From: Candidatus Saccharimonadota bacterium
Lineage (GTDB): Bacteria; Patescibacteriota; Saccharimonadia; Saccharimonadales; OFTM59
Direction: 5' to 3'
Length of the DNA: 64,000 bases
Assembly (NCBI GenBank): GCA_029260855.1
Contig: JAJDCK010000004.1
Coordinates: 18,312 to 82,311 of the forward strand
This document shows positions 58,560-64,000 of the stretch, piece after piece; position 1 is the first letter of the stretch, and the number at the start of each line of letters is the position of its first letter. Position numbers and translations under genes: made by a program. The notes below the pieces were generated by a model that ran no database searches, had not been told where the DNA came from, and worked only from the letters and a program-made list of their open reading frames with translations.

Positions 58560-60596
58560 ATGACATTGCGAGATATGGTTAGTGAACTGAAGGGTGTAGG
58601 TGATGAGCTGTCCAAAACGCTTCTGACTGTTGGTGTTGAAAATATTGGCCAGCTAGTTGATTACTTGCCGCGTAAATACGAAGATTATTCACACGTAACA
58701 CCGATCAAGAGCATAAAACCTGGCATAGTTACGGTAAATGCTGTGATTAAGCAGCCTGTAGGGCGCTATGTAAGGCGCGGGATGCATATAACCGAAGCTG
58801 TTGCTTCTGATGATACCGGCAGCGTTCGCCTAATATGGTTTAACCAACCTTATCGGGCCGCATCATTGAAGCCTGGAGTGGCGTATTACATATCCGGGGA
58901 TTTTCAGCTTAGAAGACAACGCCTAAGCATCTTGAACCCTTCTATTGAGCTTGTAAGTGACTTTCCAGTCAATACTGCGCGGATTGTGCCTATTTATCGT
59001 GAGACAAAAGCCTTGAAGTCTAGGAGTATCCGCAAACTAATTAGAGAAACAGTCCCGCTCATGCGTACTTTACCGGAGACGGTACCAGGCTGGCTCGTGA
59101 GGCAGCAAAAGCTAATATCACGCGCAGAAGCGTACGAAGCAATGCATTTTCCTGAAAGTGCTGGCCAACTTAATGAGGCGAAGCGACGTTTGGGATTTGA
59201 GGAGGTTTTTCAGATTACACTTGCGAGCTTACTGAACAAGCGTGAATTCGACACGGAACAATCGTTGACTATCCCCTTCAAGGAAGATCTTGCAAAAGAC
59301 TTTGTCAAGCATCTGCCGTTTAATCTCACTGATGACCAGCGAAAAACAATATGGCAAATTTATTTGGACATGCAAAAAACTCAGCCCATGAATCGTCTTG
59401 TTAACGGGGACGTTGGATCTGGAAAAACAGTAGTCGCTATCATGGCGGCGCTGATGGTGATCAGATCTGGATTTCAAGTTGCCTTAATGGCTCCTACAGA
59501 ATTGCTAGCACAACAACACGCAGATACCATACACAAGCTTCTTCATCCACTTGGAATGGCCGACAGACTGAGCCTACTAGTGGGAAGCCTCAAGCCGGAA
59601 CAAAAGAAGGCAGCACACGAACGCATACAATCAGGCGAAACTAGTTTGATTGTTGGTACACACGCGCTCATTCAAGAAAAAGTAAATATGCATAATCTAG
59701 GACTTGTTGTTATTGATGAGCAGCATCGTTTCGGTGTAGATCAAAGAACAAAACTACAAGCTAAAGCCGGACACATGCCACACGTTTTGTCACTAACAGC
59801 TACGCCTATTCCGCGCAGCTTAGCTCTTACGCTTTACGGCGAACTAGACATCTCTGTTATTGCAGAAAAACCACCCGGTCGCTTGCCGATAAAAACAAAA
59901 ATTTGTTCTCCGAATTCCAGGGCGCAGCTGTACCAAGCAATTGAGAAGCAGATATTAGACGCAAGGCAGGTGTTCGTCGTGTGTCCAGCCATAAGCGAAT
60001 CAAATAATTTGCCAATTAAATCGGTTGAATTAGTTTACGAACAGCTGACAAAACAACACTTTAAACATAGAAAAATTGCGCTTCTTCATGGAAAGTTGAG
60101 TTCAGATGAAAAAGATAAAATCATGAAACAATTTCTGGAACACAAGTACGATATATTGGTGACCACTACGGTTATTGAGGTAGGTGTAAATGTGCCGACC
60201 GCCTCGGTGATGCTCATTGAAAATGCTGAACGGTTCGGACTTGCGCAAATACACCAGCTGAGAGGCCGGGTTGGTAGAAGCGATCACCAGGGTTATTGCT
60301 ACTTAATGATGGGTAGCAGTAGCGCTCCTAGTAGCCGATTGAAAGCAATTGAAAACTCAGATGACGGATTTGAATTAGCAGAAATGGATTTAGACATACG
60401 AGGGCCAGGAGCAATATACGGCACAACACAGCACGGCGCCCTGGATCTGAGGATAGCAAAATTATCAGATAGCAAACTGATTGCTTTAGCGCGGAAAGCT
60501 GCTCAAGATTTTATTGATAGAGGTGAAGATTTGTTACAATACAAAGAGCTGCATGAGCATGTTACACGTTTGCGTGCTATTACAAATTTAAATTAG
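58560..60596 (+). CDS. recG: ATP-dependent DNA helicase RecG
   Basis: GDVGSGKT, DEQHRFG, TATPIPRS, HQLRGRVGR. Confidence 0.97.
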   Translation: MTLRDMVSELKGVGDELSKTLLTVGVENIGQLVDYLPRKYEDYSHVTPIKSIKPGIVTVNAVIKQPVGRYVRRGMHITEAVASDDTGSVRLIWFNQPYRAASLKPGVAYYISGDFQLRRQRLSILNPSIELVSDFPVNTARIVPIYRETKALKSRSIRKLIRETVPLMRTLPETVPGWLVRQQKLISRAEAYEAMHFPESAGQLNEAKRRLGFEEVFQITLASLLNKREFDTEQSLTIPFKEDLAKDFVKHLPFNLTDDQRKTIWQIYLDMQKTQPMNRLVNGDVGSGKTVVAIMAALMVIRSGFQVALMAPTELLAQQHADTIHKLLHPLGMADRLSLLVGSLKPEQKKAAHERIQSGETSLIVGTHALIQEKVNMHNLGLVVIDEQHRFGVDQRTKLQAKAGHMPHVLSLTATPIPRSLALTLYGELDISVIAEKPPGRLPIKTKICSPNSRAQLYQAIEKQILDARQVFVVCPAISESNNLPIKSVELVYEQLTKQHFKHRKIALLHGKLSSDEKDKIMKQFLEHKYDILVTTTVIEVGVNVPTASVMLIENAERFGLAQIHQLRGRVGRSDHQGYCYLMMGSSSAPSSRLKAIENSDDGFELAEMDLDIRGPGAIYGTTQHGALDLRIAKLSDSKLIALARKAAQDFIDRGEDLLQYKELHEHVTRLRAITNLN

Positions 60597-60603
60597 GGTT
60601 TTT

Positions 60604-61413
60604 ATGTATTCCGGGACGACACTTACAAGATATTCGGGCCGATTATTAGGTGCTCATCAACGTATTGATAGGGTTGCTTACAAACATCTTCTTAAGATCG
60701 TAGAAAACCAGTCAAACTTCCCTAGTATACGGACTATTATTCATTTTGAAGGTAAAAATGGTCCAGACGGAATTAAACGTAAAAGCCCGGCCCAAAATGA
60801 ACCCTGGCATTATTATAGCCCGTTTGACGATAAAGATTTTGGGCTGATTGAGCTCATAGAAGGTCACTACGAAGAGCTCGTAAAGCAAATTAAAAAAGGG
60901 AATACTGAGCGAGCCGGTTTTGAGGCAGCGTGGCTTTCTCATGCGATAGTGGACGGCCTAACCCCGGCCCACCATTATCCATATGAGAAAAAATTAACTG
61001 AAATACGCGGAGAAGGAATAGAAACACGAACGACGGTTCGCCAAAAAATTATTATGTCTGGTGCAACCAGGGGTGAAAGCATGAAGAAAAATTGGAAGAT
61101 GTGGGGACCAAAGGGTCTTCTAACAACGCATGGATTATTTGAAATTGGACTTGCAACAATTATTGCTCCCTTACGATTTGGAGAAGCAAAACCAAGATCA
61201 GCCGACATAAAGAAAATGGAAGAAATTGGTCCTGTTGCTTGGTTCAAGCAGGCAGCGAGAGAGATAGCTATATTGGGGATGTACGAAAGTTATTACGAAA
61301 ATGGATGGACATCAAAGCTTGCATGGCAAGTTAGACATCGCCTTGCTCCTGTAACGGTCCAGACGGTAACTCTTATTTGGTATAGCGCGCTTAAAGATGC
61401 TGGCTATAAATGA
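60604..61413 (+). CDS. Putative zinc-dependent phospholipase C / S1-P1 nuclease-fold protein
   Basis: AHQ, GPD, WHY, HAIVD, PAH, HGLFE in the order of the trinuclear zinc ligands. Confidence 0.65.
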   Translation: MYSGTTLTRYSGRLLGAHQRIDRVAYKHLLKIVENQSNFPSIRTIIHFEGKNGPDGIKRKSPAQNEPWHYYSPFDDKDFGLIELIEGHYEELVKQIKKGNTERAGFEAAWLSHAIVDGLTPAHHYPYEKKLTEIRGEGIETRTTVRQKIIMSGATRGESMKKNWKMWGPKGLLTTHGLFEIGLATIIAPLRFGEAKPRSADIKKMEEIGPVAWFKQAAREIAILGMYESYYENGWTSKLAWQVRHRLAPVTVQTVTLIWYSALKDAGYK

Positions 61414-61949
61414 GAATCGTATCAGGTAGCTTAGGGGGCAGAACTTACAACGCCCCGGCGGGCAATCGTACCCATCCTATGAGTGAAAAGGTGCGAGGAG
61501 CGCTTTTTAGTGTATTAGGCGACATAGGCGGGTTAACGGTTGTTGATGCTTTCAGCGGAAGTGGTGCGTTAGCTTTTGAGGCCATTAGTAGAAACGCTAG
61601 CTATGTAACTGCGATAGATATTGATACGAATGCTATTAATATAATTAATAAGAACGCTCAACTGCTTGGCGTAACAAACAAGCTAAAGGTTGTTCGTGCA
61701 AACATAGGTTCGTGGTCGGATAACAATCCTGCTATGCATTTTGACATTGTCTTATGTGACCCGCCATATGACTCTGTGAAAAAAAGCTTGCTGTATAAAG
61801 TGGCCGCTCATACAAAAATACATGGATTGGTGGTGTTTTCTTTGCCACCTAACATTGATTTTTCATTACCCCTTGCATGCTATCGTCAACTTTCGGTTAA
61901 GTCGTACGGTGACGCTCAGCTAGTGTTTTACAGAAAGTTTGCCGATTAG
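61410..61949 (+). CDS. rsmD: 16S rRNA m2G966 methyltransferase
   Basis: MRIVSG, DAFSGSG, DPPY, YG. Confidence 0.92.
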   Translation: MRIVSGSLGGRTYNAPAGNRTHPMSEKVRGALFSVLGDIGGLTVVDAFSGSGALAFEAISRNASYVTAIDIDTNAINIINKNAQLLGVTNKLKVVRANIGSWSDNNPAMHFDIVLCDPPYDSVKKSLLYKVAAHTKIHGLVVFSLPPNIDFSLPLACYRQLSVKSYGDAQLVFYRKFAD

Positions 61950-62635
61950 ACCTTGTGCTTTTTTATTTTGATTGCGTGTTTTGATAGCTCCAAATATCGT
62001 AAAGCGGGGGCGCAGGAATACAGAGTTGTTAGGATTAGCACGGCCAAACCTCCCCATACTGGAACTATGTTAAAAACACTAAATAAGACTGATACTCCTA
62101 TGACGCCCCATATTGCCTTAGAGTGCAGAATAGAAGCTTGGGCGCTAGCAGACATAGCCTCTTTAACACTCAAGTTTTGGTCAATCAAAAAGTATGGAGT
62201 CAAAAAGTACCTTCTCAATACTATCAGACCAGGAACTATAAAGGCTATCAACCCAAGAAAAATAAATAATGCAAACAGAAAATTGAAGCCTATTATTCTC
62301 CAGAAGTACTTAAGTGAATCGCTTACTGCCTCTATGAGCCCGACTATTTTCCCTTTAGCTACCTGAAGCTGTAGATAGTAGCGCGAGGGAAGAAGCAGTA
62401 CTGAAAAAAGTGCTCCTAAGATATAGTACGGTCTTGATCCTGGTAGTGAGTTTTTGAGTGACAGTTGTTCTATAAGGGTTAAGTTGGATGCTAAAAAATT
62501 TGCTATATTCATGGTTTCGGCGATAAGTATCAAGAATGAGGGTATAAAAACTATCGTCAAGAAGCTCAAAAAATTATTAAGTACAGCCTCTTTACTCGGT
62601 ATGAATAATTGGAACGCACCAATTGGCTTAGCCAT
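61946..62635 (-). CDS. Multi-pass membrane protein
   Basis: Several hydrophobic helices, FIVPG motif; start 62635 or 62668. Confidence 0.75.
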   Translation of the reverse strand: MAKPIGAFQLFIPSKEAVLNNFLSFLTIVFIPSFLILIAETMNIANFLASNLTLIEQLSLKNSLPGSRPYYILGALFSVLLLPSRYYLQLQVAKGKIVGLIEAVSDSLKYFWRIIGFNFLFALFIFLGLIAFIVPGLIVLRRYFLTPYFLIDQNLSVKEAMSASAQASILHSKAIWGVIGVSVLFSVFNIVPVWGGLAVLILTTLYSCAPALRYLELSKHAIKIKKHKV

Positions 62636-62807
62636 ATTAATCCTTCTTGTTCGTTGCCTATTTATCATAGCAGACGTGAACGTGCCACATAGCCCACCAC
62701 ATAATACGAGGGCCTATTGAGTAAGGCACCACACGTTCATTATGTCTTTATGGCACACACAACCAATAGACTTTACGGCGAACCTTGCATACAATATGTC
62801 TTGATGC

Positions 62808-62891
62808 GCGGATGTGGTGGAATGGTAGACACGCTAGCCTTAGGAGCTAGTGCCGCAAGGCGTGGAGGTTCAAGTCCTCTCATCCGCACCA
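62808..62891 (+). tRNA. tRNA-Leu (anticodon TAG)
   Basis: Acceptor stem GCGGATG/CATCCGC, anticodon arm CTAGC-CTTAGGA-GCTAG, long variable arm, GGTTCAA T loop, encoded CCA. Confidence 0.97.
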
Positions 62892-63239
62892 GATAAAAAT
62901 TTTTGAATAAGGTTTCTGGCGAATTTCTTAGAAAACACTAAGACAACTCAGGGCTGTCGGTACGCTTGCCTGAGGATAAGAATAAAATCGGCACGTTAGC
63001 CGCAATAAGCTTTTACTTATCCTAGTAGCTTGATGAATAAGGGCAGGCTTAAGACGTAGAGACAGTCAGCCTAAACTTTGCAAAATGCCAGACGGTCTTG
63101 CTTTCTTTGCGACGCAAGAAAGGGGGTCAATAAAACTATATAGCTACCCGACAACTACATCTTAAAGGCTGGACATATGCACCTGAAGACTGATTTGTTT
63201 TTACAAATCTTTACTGATTAACTACACTGTCATCAGCAT

Positions 63240-64000
63240 ATGAGCTTATCAACACAACCATATAAAGGGGCGCGGGATTTTTACCCTGACGACAAACGCC
63301 TCCAAAAATATATCTTTGCTAAATGGCGGCAAACTGCCGAACTATTTGGCTATGAAGAGTATGACGCTCCGATTATTGAGCCTTTGGAGCTTTACTTAGC
63401 TAAGTCAGGCGAAGAAATCGTTAATCAGCAGACCTATACATTCGCTGATCGTGGGCAGCGGCAGGTAGCTATTCGGCCAGAGATGACACCGACAGTGAGC
63501 CGTATGGTTGCCGGCAAAAGACAGGAATTGGCCTACCCGCTGCGTTGGTATTCTATCCCGAATCTGTGGCGCTACGAGCGCCCGCAACGCGGTCGGTTGC
63601 GTGAGCACTGGCAGTTGAATGTTGATATCTTTGGGGTGGACGGCGTAGAAGCCGAGCATGAAATAATCATGCTAGCCGACACTATCATGAAATCATTTGG
63701 TGCTAAGTGGGATATGTACGCCATACGCCTAAACAGCCGAAAACTGATCGACTACCTATTGCACGACTACCTCGGGCTGGACCGTACGCAGGCCTACACG
63801 ATTAGTAAAATAGTTGACCGCGTAGACAAAATGGACCAAGCCGAATTCGTGGCTCAGATTGAAGCTGTTTTTAGTCCATCTCAGCGTGAAAACGGAGCTA
63901 GTGACAAATTAATAAGCTTTCTGCATATAAAGAGTCTTGGTCAGCTGCCCGAAGAACTTTTGTCACATGAATCAGTCAAGCAGTTACAAAAACTCATAGA
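63240..64000 (+). CDS. hisS: Histidyl-tRNA synthetase (partial, runs off the window; absent from the ORF track)
   Basis: Manual translation: MSLSTQPYKGARDFYP, RPEMT, WRYERPQRGRLREHWQLNVDI. Confidence 0.96.
   Translation, partial: MSLSTQPYKGARDFYPDDKRLQKYIFAKWRQTAELFGYEEYDAPIIEPLELYLAKSGEEIVNQQTYTFADRGQRQVAIRPEMTPTVSRMVAGKRQELAYPLRWYSIPNLWRYERPQRGRLREHWQLNVDIFGVDGVEAEHEIIMLADTIMKSFGAKWDMYAIRLNSRKLIDYLLHDYLGLDRTQAYTISKIVDRVDKMDQAEFVAQIEAVFSPSQRENGASDKLISFLHIKSLGQLPEELLSHESVKQLQKLI

Noticed and set aside
62808..63239. Prophage or island integrated at tRNA-Leu
   Set aside because: No integrase and no duplicated tRNA 3' end seen in the window; hisS follows
62892..63239. T-box riboswitch before hisS (also checked before pheS and tyrS)
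   Set aside because: No GGTGGNACCGCG T-box motif found; these genes have -10-like boxes close to the start codon
132..63659. Many 60-200 aa ORFs antisense to or overlapping long genes in the ORF track (e.g. 10911..11507, 43264..43773, 63405..63659)
   Set aside because: They shadow well-supported genes and carry no recognisable motifs; 63405..63659 is antisense to hisS
1..64000. Alternative genetic code 25 (TGA = Gly)
   Set aside because: Conserved genes are full length under code 11, and several (pheS, gatC, gatA, galU) end in TGA at expected positions

Overview
A gene-dense 64 kb bacterial chromosomal segment using genetic code 11 (TGA acts as stop). Gene content and style (split transketolase, compact intergenic spaces, a small protein with a CPR-style FEDC/PEQC motif, YtxH cluster, PilB, NDH-2) suggest Candidatus Saccharibacteria (TM7, CPR/Patescibacteria); this assignment is an inference. 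Most genes are housekeeping: pheST, gatCAB, tyrS, hisS (partial), dnaE, uvrB, radA, recG, rnhB, nusA, clpC, rplS, a gap-rpiB-rpe-tkt-fba-pfkB carbon cluster, and tRNA-Leu(TAG). I found no integrase, transposase or CRISPR array. The most notable observations are: (1) two dispersed paralogs of an unannotated protein-kinase-like family; (2) a cytoplasmic protein with nearly the full trinuclear-Zn phospholipase C/P1-nuclease ligand set between recG and rsmD; (3) a window-wide pattern of -10 boxes 6-11 nt before start codons without Shine-Dalgarno sequences, including a palindromic bidirectional promoter in a 23-bp gap; (4) a transaldolase-free pentose-phosphate cluster with Fba and PfkB; (5) a CIRCE element before clpC, a terminator-like nusA leader and several structured intergenic regions. 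All calls come from reading motifs by eye; no database searches were run.
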